Of a stretch of 64,000 bases of DNA, positions 1-10,400 are shown one piece after another. How positions within the stretch are numbered: position 1 is the first letter of the stretch; each line of letters opens with the position of its first letter. The stretch comes from Nitrospirota bacterium (lineage in GTDB: Bacteria; Nitrospirota; JACRHJ01). The position numbers were made by a program, and so were the translations under genes. The stretch covers positions 118,389 through 182,388 of the forward strand of contig CAWJRJ010000014.1 of assembly GCA_963845245.1 (NCBI GenBank), given 5' to 3'. The notes beneath the pieces are model-generated. The model was given only the letters and a program-made list of their open reading frames with translations. It was not told where the DNA came from and ran no database searches.

Positions 1-987
1 GAGCCCCAGATACTGGGCCAGTTAAAAGACGCGTTCGACCACGCCCTTGCGAACAAGACTACCGGCGTGGTGATGAACCGTCTCATGAAGAAGACTATCT
101 CGGTGGCGAAGAGGATACGCACCGAGACCAAGATAGCCGAGTCTGCGGTATCCATAAGCTTTGCCGCGGTCGAGCTTGCCAGGAAGATATTCGGCGACCT
201 GGAAGGCAAGTCGGTAATGCTTGCCGGCGCCGGCGAGATGGCCGAGCTTGCGGCCAGACACCTGGTTAATAACGGCGTAAAGACGGTGCTGGTTGCAAAC
301 AGGACATTCGAGCGCGCGGAAACCCTTGCCGATGAATTTGGAGGCAGGGCCGTGAAATACGAAGACTTATCCGATGAGATGGTCCATGCCGACATACTGA
401 TAGCCTCGACCGGGGCCCAGCACTACATACTTACCCAGAAGGACATGGCCAAGGTCATAAAGGAGCGCAAGAACCGCCCCGTGTTCCTGATAGACATAGC
501 CGTGCCCAGGAACCTTGACCCGGACATAAACAAGATAGACAACGTATACCTTTACGACATCGACGACCTTCAGTCCGTGGTCGCGTCCAACATAAAAGAA
601 AGGCAGAAGGAGGCGGAGCTTGCCGAGGAGATAGTGGAGGAGGAGATAAACACCTTCATGTCCTGGCTCCGCTCGATCGACGTCGTCCCGACCATCGTAG
701 CAATACGAGACAAGGCCGAATCGATAAGGCAGGCCGAGCTCGAACGCTCGCTCTCGAAGATGGGCGAACTAAGCGAAAAGCAGAAGAAGCAGGTTGAGAG
801 CCTGACCCAGGCGATAGTGAACAAGATACTGCATACGCCGCTGGTCGCACTGAAGCAGAGCGCGGGCGACCCGGAAGGAAGCAGCCATGTAGAGGCCGCG
901 CGTGTGCTTTTCGACCTTGACCGTCAGGAACCGGACGAAGGCGCGGTCGAACCCGCCGGCCATGGTTCCGGGGCGGAAACCAGATAG
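1..987 (+). CDS. hemA: Glutamyl-tRNA reductase (5' truncated by window edge)
   Basis: Frame open from base 1 (EPQILGQ motif); AVSISFAAVELA, GAGEMAEL NADPH motif, IDIAVPRNLD; followed by hemC. Confidence 0.97.
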   Translation, partial: EPQILGQLKDAFDHALANKTTGVVMNRLMKKTISVAKRIRTETKIAESAVSISFAAVELARKIFGDLEGKSVMLAGAGEMAELAARHLVNNGVKTVLVANRTFERAETLADEFGGRAVKYEDLSDEMVHADILIASTGAQHYILTQKDMAKVIKERKNRPVFLIDIAVPRNLDPDINKIDNVYLYDIDDLQSVVASNIKERQKEAELAEEIVEEEINTFMSWLRSIDVVPTIVAIRDKAESIRQAELERSLSKMGELSEKQKKQVESLTQAIVNKILHTPLVALKQSAGDPEGSSHVEAARVLFDLDRQEPDEGAVEPAGHGSGAETR

Positions 988-996
988 GGGGATGAT

Positions 997-1956
997 TTGT
1001 CTAAGAGGGACAAAATTGTAATAGGTACGCGCGGCAGCCAGCTTGCACTCTGGCAGGCGGAATACGTACAGCGCGAGCTGATAAAGGCCTGTCCGGGTGT
1101 CGAGGTCACGCTCCAGAAGATAAAGACTACTGGCGACATGATACTAGACGTACCGCTTGCAAAGGTGGGCGGCAAGGGGCTCTTCGTCAAGGAGATCGAG
1201 GACGCAATGCTGAGGGGCGAGATCGACCTTGCCGTGCACAGCATGAAGGACGTACCGACCGTGCTCCCGGACAGTCTGCACCTGCGCTGCATGCCGAAGC
1301 GCGAGGACCCGAGCGACGCCTTCCTGTCAAAGGAGGCCAAAAGCTTTAAAGATCTGAAACAGGGCGGTACCGTCGGTACCAGCAGCCTTAGAAGGCAGTG
1401 CCAGCTCATGAGTGTGAGGCCGGACATAAAGATAGAACAGCTCCGCGGCAACCTCGATACCCGCATAAGGAAGATGGAGGAAGGGCAGTTCGATGCGATC
1501 ATACTCGCCGCCGCCGGCATCAGGAGGCTGGGCTGGGGCGAGAAGATAAAAGAATACATAGACCCGGAGATGTGCATCCCGGCCATCGGCCAGGGTGCGA
1601 TAGGCATCGAGTGCAGGGTGGACGACGCCTTCATGAACGAGACGCTATCGGTACTCCAGCACCAGGACACGTGGGATTGTGTGGTAGCCGAGCGGGCGCT
1701 TTTGAAAAGGCTCGAAGGCGGCTGTCAGGTACCCATCGCAGCGCATGCCCGGATCTTGCGGGAAAACGGCCGTGAGAAGCTGGTGCTGGTAGGCCTTGTC
1801 GGGAGTGTTTCCGGTGACCGTATTATCAGGGACAAAATAGAGACCACAGTGAAAGACGGCGAGAAAGCCGGTGTGGCGCTTGCCGAAACGCTTCTCTCTC
1901 GCGGTGCAGGCGAGATACTGAAAGAAGTTTACGGAAGGGATGTCACAGGTTATTAA
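997..1956 (+). CDS. hemC: Porphobilinogen deaminase (hydroxymethylbilane synthase)
   Basis: IGTRGSQLALWQ, GGKGLFVKEIE, AVHSMKDVP, GTSSLRR, LEGGCQVP motifs. Confidence 0.98.
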   Translation: MSKRDKIVIGTRGSQLALWQAEYVQRELIKACPGVEVTLQKIKTTGDMILDVPLAKVGGKGLFVKEIEDAMLRGEIDLAVHSMKDVPTVLPDSLHLRCMPKREDPSDAFLSKEAKSFKDLKQGGTVGTSSLRRQCQLMSVRPDIKIEQLRGNLDTRIRKMEEGQFDAIILAAAGIRRLGWGEKIKEYIDPEMCIPAIGQGAIGIECRVDDAFMNETLSVLQHQDTWDCVVAERALLKRLEGGCQVPIAAHARILRENGREKLVLVGLVGSVSGDRIIRDKIETTVKDGEKAGVALAETLLSRGAGEILKEVYGRDVTGY

Positions 1957-2005
1957 AGAGCCGTGCTGGCGTTACACAAGGCCTTTTAATAGCAGGAGGA
2001 AAGTC

Positions 2006-2866
2006 ATGTCAGGAAAATCGGCCCTTTCTTTGTTAATCACATTATCTCTCTTCTTCGCCGGTTGCGCCGCGTCGAACACCGCCGGAAAACCGGAAGCGGA
2101 AAATGTCGATAAAGACAAGGCACAAACAGCCATCGAGGCAAAAGACTCCAAGGTAGAGGCAAAGGACAAATATACCAAAGGGCTGATGGCCATGAGCCAC
2201 GGCAACATGGTAGATGCCGAAAAGTATTTCCTCGAGTCCATAAAGCTTGACCCCGACCACGTAAGCACGCACATGTTTCTGGCGCGGGCTTATGAAAAAC
2301 AGAAAAAATATGAAGAGTCCGCCGATCAGTACGAAGCGGCTATGAAGTTAAAGCCTGAGGACCCGAACCCCTATGCCGGGCTTATAGGCATCTACCTTGA
2401 GAAGGGCCTTTCGGACAATGCGATCGCAACCGCCGAGAAAGCCGCCAAAAAGGGTATACCGATGAGTACGTACGCCGGGAACCTGGGCTGGGCGTATTAT
2501 ATGAAAGGCGACCTTGTTAATGCGGAGAAATATTTAAAGGAAGCGAAAGAGCAAAGCAAGGACGAGTCCGTCCCGCGGAACAACCTTGGCCTGTTGTATT
2601 TCAGGCAAGGCCGTTATGAGGACGCCCTTGCCAATTTCAAGGAGGCTTCAGAGCTGAACAAGCAGAGTGTCGTGCTCCCATACTTTCTGGCCCTTACCTA
2701 CAATAAGCTTGGCAAGGATGACGAAGTTGCAAATGCCTTGCGGGAGGGTTTGAAGAGGGACCCGGACATCGAGAGTAAAGTAAAGTCCTATAAGAGAAGA
2801 TTTTTTGCAGATGACCCCGGCGACCTTTCGGCCGTATTTAAGAAGCTTAAGGAAGAGAAGAACTGA
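2006..2866 (+). CDS. TPR-repeat lipoprotein
   Basis: SD AGGAGG before ATG 2006; lipobox FAGC; several TPR-like helical repeats (NNLGLLYFRQGRYEDALANF). Confidence 0.8.
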   Translation: MSGKSALSLLITLSLFFAGCAASNTAGKPEAENVDKDKAQTAIEAKDSKVEAKDKYTKGLMAMSHGNMVDAEKYFLESIKLDPDHVSTHMFLARAYEKQKKYEESADQYEAAMKLKPEDPNPYAGLIGIYLEKGLSDNAIATAEKAAKKGIPMSTYAGNLGWAYYMKGDLVNAEKYLKEAKEQSKDESVPRNNLGLLYFRQGRYEDALANFKEASELNKQSVVLPYFLALTYNKLGKDDEVANALREGLKRDPDIESKVKSYKRRFFADDPGDLSAVFKKLKEEKN

Positions 2867-2872
2867 GGCACC

Positions 2873-3679
2873 TTGAGTTTAGATGTGGCAAAAAAGGGGC
2901 CTCTTGCAGGCAGGAAGGTGGTAGTTACCAGGACCGCGGAGCAGGCGGGCAGCTTTGTCTCGAAGTTGCGGGCAGAAGGCGCAGATGTAATCGAGTTCCC
3001 TACCATTGAGACTGTCCCGCCCGAAAATTATTCAAGCATAGATTCTGCTATAGCACGCCTTCCTCGCTTTGATTACACTATCTTTACCAGCGCCAATGCG
3101 TTGAAATATTTTATCTCACGGTTGGAAGAACTAGGGAGGCCGAGCAGCCTCCTGAGAGAAAGCCGGCTGATTGCGGTCGGGCCCAAGACGGCCCAGGAGA
3201 TGGCGGCACGCGGACTGAAGCCGGATATTATACCTGAGGAATACAAGGCTGAAGGCGTCCTGGCGGCGCTTGAGGGCACCGACATCGCCGGCAAAAGTTT
3301 TCTTTACCCCAGGGCGCTTGAGGCAAGGGAACTGCTCCCTGAAAAATTGAGAGACAGGGGTGCCGAGGTCGTTGTGGCGGTTGCCTACCGTACCGTCGCT
3401 CCAAGGGTGGAGCGGGAATACCTTAAAGGTCTTTTTAGCGGGGGAGTATCCGCTATTACGTTTACAAGTTCTTCGACCGTCAAAAACTTTATGCTCATGG
3501 CGGGCGATGATGCGTCGGAGTTGTTGAAGGGGGTGTGCGTGGCCTGCATAGGCCCCGTGACAGCCAGAACATGTGAGGAGATGGGCGTGGGCGTCGACGT
3601 GATGCCGGGTGATTATACCGTTGAAGCCCTCCTCCTCTCTTTAACCGGATATTTTGCAAGGAGAAAAGACAATGATTGA
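2873..3679 (+). CDS. hemD: Uroporphyrinogen-III synthase
   Basis: VVVTR, IFTSAN, AVGPKTA, AYRTV, FTSSSTV, ACIGPVTA motifs; hem operon context. Confidence 0.93.
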   Translation: MSLDVAKKGPLAGRKVVVTRTAEQAGSFVSKLRAEGADVIEFPTIETVPPENYSSIDSAIARLPRFDYTIFTSANALKYFISRLEELGRPSSLLRESRLIAVGPKTAQEMAARGLKPDIIPEEYKAEGVLAALEGTDIAGKSFLYPRALEARELLPEKLRDRGAEVVVAVAYRTVAPRVEREYLKGLFSGGVSAITFTSSSTVKNFMLMAGDDASELLKGVCVACIGPVTARTCEEMGVGVDVMPGDYTVEALLLSLTGYFARRKDND

Positions 3680-4019
3680 AGTAAGTGAAAAGGCGTTGGG
3701 TGAGTTTAAAAGGGTGCTTTCAGGTGAGGACAGGAAGGGCCTTGGAATAAAGATAAAGGCGTTCATGTCCGAGTCTTCCTGCTGCTCATGCGGCCCAAGC
3801 CAGAGCTATGAGATGGACCTCGTAGAAAAAGGCGAGGCTGGCGACCTGTCTGTCGACAAGGGTGGGATTAACTTCTACATGGACCCGGCGAGCGCCGGTC
3901 TCATGGAGGGCTTCGAGATAGATTTCATCGACGACCACGGCTTCATCGTCAAAGACAACAACGCGGCGCCCTCATGCGGCTGTGGCGGCGGCGAAGGCGG
4001 CGGTTCCTGCTGCGGTTAG
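3672..4019 (+). CDS. HesB/IscA-like (A-type Fe-S carrier family) protein
   Basis: IEVSEKA N-terminus, SCCSCG, FYMD..S..LMEG.EIDF, C-terminal SCGCG motif. Confidence 0.75.
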   Translation: MIEVSEKALGEFKRVLSGEDRKGLGIKIKAFMSESSCCSCGPSQSYEMDLVEKGEAGDLSVDKGGINFYMDPASAGLMEGFEIDFIDDHGFIVKDNNAAPSCGCGGGEGGGSCCG

Positions 4020-4033
4020 AAAAGGAGCCTATC

Positions 4034-4348
4034 ATGGCAGAGAAGACAAACCCTGATGCCCAGCCGGTAGGCCTCACGTTCGAGATAAGGCCTGATGTCG
4101 ATGGAGGGGTGTACTCGAACGTCGCGAGCATAGTGCATAACCCGAACGAGTTCATACTGGACTTTGCCGCCATACTGCCGGGCAAGGAATCGGCTACGGT
4201 GCGCGCAAGGGTGATAACCAGCCCGTCCCATGCCAAGCAGTTCCTTGCCGCCCTGGCCGAGAATATCGCAGGGTATGAGAGGAACTTCGGTGAGATAAAG
4301 ATGCTTGTGCCTCCACCGGTCATAAAAGGCACGGAGACAATTCACTAG
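4034..4348 (+). CDS. DUF3467 family protein
   Basis: GVYSN, EFILDFA, RVITSPSHAKQFL..L..NI..YE..FGEI signature; SD AAGGAG. Confidence 0.85.
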   Translation: MAEKTNPDAQPVGLTFEIRPDVDGGVYSNVASIVHNPNEFILDFAAILPGKESATVRARVITSPSHAKQFLAALAENIAGYERNFGEIKMLVPPPVIKGTETIH

Positions 4349-4369
4349 GCATAGAAGAAGGAGCCAAAC

Positions 4370-5344
4370 ATGTTTTTCCCTTCCTACCGCGCAAGACGCA
4401 TGAGGTCCTCGGACGCAATGAGGCGGATGGTCCGTGAGACCATTATTACGCCAGCGGACTTTGTATATCCGCTCTTCGTCACGCACGGAAAAGGCGTAAA
4501 AAAAGAGATATCGTCCATGCCCGGGAACTACCAGCAGTCGGTTGACAACATCGTCAAGGACTGCAAGGAGGTCAAGTCCCTGGGTATACCCTCCGTGCTC
4601 CTCTTCGGCATCCCTGAGAAAAAGGACGCAAAGGGAAGCGAGGCTTATGCGGATAACGGGATAGTACAGCAGGCCGTGAAGGCTATAAAAGACGCAGTCC
4701 CTGACCTACTCGTCATTACCGATGTTTGTCTTTGTGAGTACACCGACCATGGCCATTGCGGCATAGTTAAAGGTGACAAGATACTAAACGACCCGACTGT
4801 AGAACTGCTGTGCAAAGAGGCGCTTTCCCATGCCAGGGCTGGCGCCGACATAGTCGCCCCTTCCGACATGATGGACGGCAGGGTCGGAGCGATAAGGGAG
4901 GCCCTTGACGAGAAAGGCTTCGGCGACACGCCGATAATGTCCTACGCCGTCAAATACGCCTCATCCTTCTATGGGCCTTTCAGGGAGGCGGCGGAGTCAA
5001 CTCCCGCCTTCGGCGACAGGAGGAGCCACCAGATGGACCCCGGCAATGCCCGCGAGGCCATGAGGGAGGCAGACCTTGATGTTGACGAAGGGGCGGATAT
5101 ATTAATGGTCAAACCGGCGTTGCCGTACCTGGACATTATATACAGGCTCAGGGAGAACTACGACCTGCCTATCGCGGCCTATAACGTCTCCGGCGAGGTC
5201 TCCATGATTATTGCAGCGGAGAAGCTGGGATGGATGGACGGCCAGCGCGCTATGATGGAGTCGCTTACGTGCATCAAGAGGGCAGGGGCAGACATTATTA
5301 TCACCTATTTTGCCAAGGAAGCGGCAAAGATCTTAAACAAGTAG
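4370..5344 (+). CDS. hemB: Porphobilinogen synthase (ALA dehydratase), Zn-type
   Basis: [51 protein letters not shown]. Confidence 0.98.
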   Translation: MFFPSYRARRMRSSDAMRRMVRETIITPADFVYPLFVTHGKGVKKEISSMPGNYQQSVDNIVKDCKEVKSLGIPSVLLFGIPEKKDAKGSEAYADNGIVQQAVKAIKDAVPDLLVITDVCLCEYTDHGHCGIVKGDKILNDPTVELLCKEALSHARAGADIVAPSDMMDGRVGAIREALDEKGFGDTPIMSYAVKYASSFYGPFREAAESTPAFGDRRSHQMDPGNAREAMREADLDVDEGADILMVKPALPYLDIIYRLRENYDLPIAAYNVSGEVSMIIAAEKLGWMDGQRAMMESLTCIKRAGADIIITYFAKEAAKILNK

Positions 5345-5349
5345 CCTGA

Positions 5350-6096
5350 TTGCTTCGAATAGAAACCAACCTTGACGGTAAAAAGGTCAGGTATTACGAG
5401 GCCGGCAAGGGAGAGGCTGTCGTACTCCTGCACGGCGCGGGCGCGACAGCCCGACTCTGGCGGAAGCAGATGGGCCCTCTTTCAGGGCTATTTAGGGTCA
5501 TTGCGCCTGACCTGCCGGGATTTGGCGGCACCGATGTCTTTCCGGAAACCAAAGACGTTAAGGGTTATGCCGGTTTTATTGCAGCATTCCTTGAGAATGC
5601 AGGAATATGCCGGGCCTCGCTCATCGGTAGTTCCATGGGCGGCTGGGTAGCATGCTGGTTCGCGTTGCTTTATCCCGAGAAAATCAACAAGCTGGTACTT
5701 GTATCGCCTGCCGGGGCATATCAGCCTGAGGACCCCCCGATGTCCATTCAACGCCTTCTGGAAGAGATAAGACTTTGGCATGGTTCTGCGGGGGTAGCTC
5801 AGAACGAGGGCGCTACGAATGAGCTTGAAAAGGGACTTGCTACGGTCAAACGACTGTACGAGAGCGGTGGGATGGAGCCTGATCTTGCAGGAAACCTGTC
5901 GAAGATAAAGGCTAATACACTTGTTATCTGGGGCGATGAAGACAGGGTCATACCCGTGTCCTATTCAGAGACTTTCAGTGTCGGCATAAAATACTCCAGG
6001 GTAGATATAATAAAGGGTGCAGGCCATCTCCCCTATGCGGAGAAGCCTGACATCTTTAATAAAATAGTGTCGGATTTTTTAAAGGAAGCGTCCTAG
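5350..6096 (+). CDS. Alpha/beta fold hydrolase
   Basis: LLHG, PDLPGFG, GSSMGG nucleophile elbow, WGDED, GAGHLP. Confidence 0.88.
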   Translation: MLRIETNLDGKKVRYYEAGKGEAVVLLHGAGATARLWRKQMGPLSGLFRVIAPDLPGFGGTDVFPETKDVKGYAGFIAAFLENAGICRASLIGSSMGGWVACWFALLYPEKINKLVLVSPAGAYQPEDPPMSIQRLLEEIRLWHGSAGVAQNEGATNELEKGLATVKRLYESGGMEPDLAGNLSKIKANTLVIWGDEDRVIPVSYSETFSVGIKYSRVDIIKGAGHLPYAEKPDIFNKIVSDFLKEAS

Positions 6097-6106
6097 GAGC
6101 GTTCAG

Positions 6107-6490
6107 GTGATAAAAGTATTTTTGGTGGACGACAGCCCGATTGTCACTAACCTTGTCTCGGGTTATCTTAAAGGCCGCGGTTTCAGCGTGAGTACCTTTA
6201 ACAGCCCGTTCGGCGTCATCAATAAATTAAAAGATGCAAGGCCGCATGTCATACTCATGGACCTGGGACTCCCGGGCCTGAGAGGGGATAAGCTCATAGA
6301 CCTCTGCAAAAAAGAGAAGGAGACATGCGACTGCCGTATAATATTGTTCTCGTCCTCCGATGACCAGGAGATGAAAGACCTGGTGGATAAGGGCATCGCC
6401 CACGATTATTTTGTCAAGGGCGGCGCCTTGAAGGAGCTGGAAGACAAGATTATAGCGCAGGCAGGCACGGTGCAGGAGAAAAAGAAGTAA
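6107..6490 (+). CDS. Single-domain response regulator (CheY-like)
   Basis: FLVDDS, ILMDLGLPGLRG, FSS, YFVK receiver motifs. Confidence 0.88.
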   Translation: MIKVFLVDDSPIVTNLVSGYLKGRGFSVSTFNSPFGVINKLKDARPHVILMDLGLPGLRGDKLIDLCKKEKETCDCRIILFSSSDDQEMKDLVDKGIAHDYFVKGGALKELEDKIIAQAGTVQEKKK

Positions 6491-7063
6491 GTGTCCATCC
6501 CGAAGATCATCCTCGCATCAGCCTCCCCCAGAAGGACAGAACTGCTTGGTCTCGCCGGCATAGATCATATTATCGATCCGGCCGACGTTGACGAATCCCT
6601 CCTTCCGGACGAGGATGCCGCCGAATACGCCAAAAGGATAGCCCTTGTCAAGGCTATAAAGACAGCTGAGAGGCATGCTTCCGGCCTGGTGCTTGGTGCT
6701 GACACCATAGTCGTTGTCGAGGGCGAGGTCCTGGGCAAGCCAGCTTCACGCGAAGATGCCGCCAGGATGCTCCAGCTTATTTCAGGGAGGGAGCATGAGG
6801 TCATAACCTCTATCGCCCTGGTGGATGCACAGACCGGACGGAGCAAGGTAGGGCTTGAAGTCACGGAGGTCAAGGTGAAAGTTCTTACCGCAGACGATAT
6901 CGAAGAGTATCTGGAGACCGGAGAGGCGTTCGACAAGGCCGGCGCATATGGCATTCAGGGCAGGGCCTCGGTGTTTGTCGAAGGTATACGGGGCTGTTTT
7001 TTCAACGTTGTCGGCCTGCCTCTTGCCAGGCTTGACAGGATGATCAAAGAATTTCAAACATGA
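6491..7063 (+). CDS. maf: Maf-family nucleoside triphosphate pyrophosphatase
   Basis: ILASASPRR, GADTIV, LGKP, DKAGAYGIQG, NVVGLP. Confidence 0.95.
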   Translation: MSIPKIILASASPRRTELLGLAGIDHIIDPADVDESLLPDEDAAEYAKRIALVKAIKTAERHASGLVLGADTIVVVEGEVLGKPASREDAARMLQLISGREHEVITSIALVDAQTGRSKVGLEVTEVKVKVLTADDIEEYLETGEAFDKAGAYGIQGRASVFVEGIRGCFFNVVGLPLARLDRMIKEFQT

Positions 7064-8073
7064 ATGCCGCAGTATTTGGAATAACGCCCTTTGGCTGCAC
7101 GATAGCCTGCATGTTAATGGACGCAGGGGTTGATGTGGCTCTTATAGGGCCTGCCGCCAAGGTTGCCCAGGTCAAGCAGTCCGGTGTTACGGTCCGCCAG
7201 ACCTGGGACGGTAAAGTAATTACCGCATACGTACCTGCCTTTGCAAGCCTTGATTTTGCCCCTGAGATTGCAATATTTGCAACAAAGACCCAGGATACCC
7301 TTGCTGCTGCAACCGCAGCGTCACCATGGCTTTCCAACTCAATAATAGCCACGGTGCAATACGGGACAAAGATCGAGCAGCTCGTTGCCAGGGTATTACC
7401 CAGAGACAATATCGTAACCTGTGTGCTTACCATGGGCGCGAACTGTCACCGTGCAGGAGACGTTACGCTCAACTTCAAGGGCGACATGGTCATAGGGAAG
7501 GCCTACGGCGCGACGGATGAGAAGGTTGACAGGCTTATCGAAGTAATGGGCAGGATACTAACCGTCCACAAGGGCGCAAAAATCGCCCATTTCAACTGTA
7601 CCAGGCTGTTGTTGAACCTTCCATATTGCATCCCGGCCATAATCGGAGAAAAGGTCCAAACCGCTTTTGCCGACATCGAAATATCGAAGGTGGCCATACT
7701 CCTGCTGCAGGAAGGGATAAAGGTGATTGAAGAGGCCGAGGTCCATATAGAAAACCTCCCGGATTTCAGCGAGGCTTCACTTAAGACTCTCCTCGCTGCC
7801 CCTCTCGACGAGGCGGCAGTCCATTTCGGCGAGCTTGTGAGGCTGATGAGCAAGACCCCTTGCGAAGGGCCGGTACTCGGTAGCATTGAGCACGGCGAAG
7901 TCTCTGAGATAGATTACCAGAACGGCGAGGTTGTGAAGATTGCGGATGTCCTCGGTTTTCCAACACCACTGAATTCGCTAATGGTCGAGCTGGTACATGA
8001 GCTTGAAAACACCAATAAATTCATTTCGAAACAACATTTCCTGTCCAAAGTTTCAGAACGCCTGCAGAAATAG
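7060..8073 (+). CDS. Ketopantoate reductase (PanE/ApbA)-like protein, degenerate motifs
   Basis: Overall PanE layout (ATKTQD, EIDYQNG..V..A...G..TPLN) but GITPFG replaces GxGxxG. Confidence 0.65.
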   Translation: MNAAVFGITPFGCTIACMLMDAGVDVALIGPAAKVAQVKQSGVTVRQTWDGKVITAYVPAFASLDFAPEIAIFATKTQDTLAAATAASPWLSNSIIATVQYGTKIEQLVARVLPRDNIVTCVLTMGANCHRAGDVTLNFKGDMVIGKAYGATDEKVDRLIEVMGRILTVHKGAKIAHFNCTRLLLNLPYCIPAIIGEKVQTAFADIEISKVAILLLQEGIKVIEEAEVHIENLPDFSEASLKTLLAAPLDEAAVHFGELVRLMSKTPCEGPVLGSIEHGEVSEIDYQNGEVVKIADVLGFPTPLNSLMVELVHELENTNKFISKQHFLSKVSERLQK

Positions 8074-8134
8074 GCAAACCGTCCTCTCTCAAACGAAATA
8101 TCTGAACTCTTACGGCATTAGCGGGTATTTTGGC

Positions 8135-9364
8135 TTAAAGGATGAAAACCTGCGCCAGCGCGACAACCAGCACAATCCCTTCCGGAATGAGCATTATCCG
8201 GAAAATGGGCCACAGGTCTGATTTGAAGTAGTCCTTGGTAAGCACGAGGCAGAGGTGGACCGGAGAGAACATAAGTCCGGCAAAACCTGAGGCGAACGCG
8301 AAGGCGAGCATAGGCAGGTCCGGGTGCGCACCTCCGATAAGCGGCAGTATCATGGGGAAGGTTACGCCGACGAACGCGAGGGTGATCCCGGTTATCAGCC
8401 CGACGAGGAAGGGCAACAGGAATATTATCACCAGCACGGGCACGCCAGCCTGCTGAAAGAACTGCGGCAGGTGGTCGACCGCTCCGGACTTTGTCATCAC
8501 TCCCCTGAATATCTCGACGCCCAAAACAAGCAGAAGCGTCTTGTAAGAGAGGCTTTCTTTAAGGGTTTCCCTGATCTTTGCCACAGGATACCGAAAATAA
8601 AGAAATAATCCGGTTACCACGATAACCAGCGCAATGGCGATATCAACCTTCAGAAGCATTACGAGCAGCATGACTATAAGTATGGGACTGAAGCTGACAG
8701 CCGCGTTCAAAAAGTCGGCCTGCCTGCCCTTTCTAGAGGGTACTGCCTTGCCCGCACGGATATCCTTGAAGCCATAAAGTGCGCCAGTCACCAGGACGGT
8801 TGCAGGGAATGCAGCCTGGTACAGGAACAGCCGTCCCATCGGGACGTTCGTTATCGCGGCCATCATTATAAAACCCGGATAAAGCGGCGATATATACTCC
8901 CATATATGCCTGAACCAGTAGTTAATGAAACTCATACGTTCAGGTTTAATATGTGAGCCATCCGCAGAGGCCTCTACCATCGGTGCTGAGAAGAAAGCTC
9001 CGCCCGCCGAAGGCAGTATCCCGATAATGGCAGGCATGAGAGCCATGACTGCTCGCTGGTCGCCTATGAGGCCCTTGAATGATTCCACGAGTTTTTTTAG
9101 CGTCTCTGTCTTTCTGAGTATGTTTTCCAAGACCATTATCAGAGCCAGAGCGATTATCAGGGAGACGGCGGTCTTATCCATAGCCGCGTGCAGTGCAGTC
9201 CTCAGGATGTCAAGGGGGGCCAACCCCATCAGGAGGCCAAGTGCGGCCGCTCCGATAAGCATTACTCCGCCGAGGTTCCATTTTAGCTGTAAGAGCCGGA
9301 TTATAAGGATGAATACGAGGAGTATCTTGATGAGGTCAAACAACGTCAGGCCTCTCCAGGTCAT
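8135..9364 (-). CDS. DUF401-family membrane protein (ion-transporter superfamily-like)
   Basis: PA.IG.LP..GGA.FSAPMV, NYWFRHIWEY..PLYPG, SPVHLCLVLT..YF; many TM helices. Confidence 0.8.
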   Translation of the reverse strand: MTWRGLTLFDLIKILLVFILIIRLLQLKWNLGGVMLIGAAALGLLMGLAPLDILRTALHAAMDKTAVSLIIALALIMVLENILRKTETLKKLVESFKGLIGDQRAVMALMPAIIGILPSAGGAFFSAPMVEASADGSHIKPERMSFINYWFRHIWEYISPLYPGFIMMAAITNVPMGRLFLYQAAFPATVLVTGALYGFKDIRAGKAVPSRKGRQADFLNAAVSFSPILIVMLLVMLLKVDIAIALVIVVTGLFLYFRYPVAKIRETLKESLSYKTLLLVLGVEIFRGVMTKSGAVDHLPQFFQQAGVPVLVIIFLLPFLVGLITGITLAFVGVTFPMILPLIGGAHPDLPMLAFAFASGFAGLMFSPVHLCLVLTKDYFKSDLWPIFRIMLIPEGIVLVVALAQVFIL

Positions 9365-10400
9365 GGAACTGCACGACCTGGTCCTTTCCGAGCCTCTTTG
9401 CCTTATACAGGGCCTTGTCAGCCCTCTTTATGAGGTCAAGCCTTTTTGTGGCGTCTTTTGGGTATTCAGCCACGCCGACGCTGATGGTGAGGGGCGCTTT
9501 TTTGCGCATGAGAGAGGCGGACTTTATCTTGACCTGCTTCCGTATGCGTTGCGCCATCAGGGACGCCTGCTCAGACGCGACCCTTGGAAGTATGACTGCG
9601 AACTCTTCCCCGCCATATCTGGCCGGTGTGTCGGAATCCCGTATAGAAGCCGTAAATATATCGGCAAGCTTCTGAAGTACCTTGTCTCCGAAAGTATGCC
9701 CGAATTTGTCGTTTATGCATTTAAAGTCGTCGATGTCGATCATCAGGAGTGAGAATGTCTCTTTGTGTCTTGATGAACGGGATATCTCCTTCTCTAGCTG
9801 TTCCTGAAAGTGGCGGTGGTTATAAAGGCCGGTAAGCCCGTCAGTAAACGCCATCTTTCTGGTATTCTCATGCAGCCTTGCGTGGTCGATGCTCATAGCC
9901 GCGAATGAGGATAGTATGGAGAGAAGGTTCAGCTGGCTTTTCTCAAACTTCCTCGGAGAGAAGTCGTCCACATAGAGGATGCCGATGATGTCGTCCTTGA
10001 AGGCAAGCGGGACGCAGACTATGGATTTAATACCCTCTTTCAGGGCGAGAGGGTTGGTGAAAAACTTTTTATTGGTAGTGTCGTTTATGACCGTCGGCTT
10101 GTTGGATTTCAGTATCCTGTCGGTAAGCCCGCCCGGCCTGACCCTCCAGACGGTATTTCCGATAAAGTCCTGGCTCAGCCCCCTGTGTGCATGGAGTTCG
10201 AGTTCCTGGGTATCCTTCTTGTAAAGCGCGATGCTTCCGGCGCTTGTGTCGGTCAATTTCATCGCGCTTTTGAGTATAGCTTCGAGGACCTGGTCCATTT
10301 CAAGGGTGGAAACTACGAGCCGGGCGACTTCAAGCAGGTCGATAAGGTCCTGCACGTTGCTGCTCTGAATATCAGACGTTGGCACTTTTAGGTTCCTCAT
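9336..10400 (-). CDS. GAF-domain diguanylate cyclase
   Basis: N-terminal GAF; TDGLTGLYNHR, DIDDFK, RDSD I-site and GGEEF; start codon uncertain. Confidence 0.92.
   Translation of the reverse strand: MRNLKVPTSDIQSSNVQDLIDLLEVARLVVSTLEMDQVLEAILKSAMKLTDTSAGSIALYKKDTQELELHAHRGLSQDFIGNTVWRVRPGGLTDRILKSNKPTVINDTTNKKFFTNPLALKEGIKSIVCVPLAFKDDIIGILYVDDFSPRKFEKSQLNLLSILSSFAAMSIDHARLHENTRKMAFTDGLTGLYNHRHFQEQLEKEISRSSRHKETFSLLMIDIDDFKCINDKFGHTFGDKVLQKLADIFTASIRDSDTPARYGGEEFAVILPRVASEQASLMAQRIRKQVKIKSASLMRKKAPLTISVGVAEYPKDATKRLDLIKRADKALYKAKRLGKDQVVQFHDLERPDVV

Noticed and set aside
3672..4019. HesB-like selenoprotein
   Set aside because: No in-frame TGA; all positions are Cys and the gene ends in TAG
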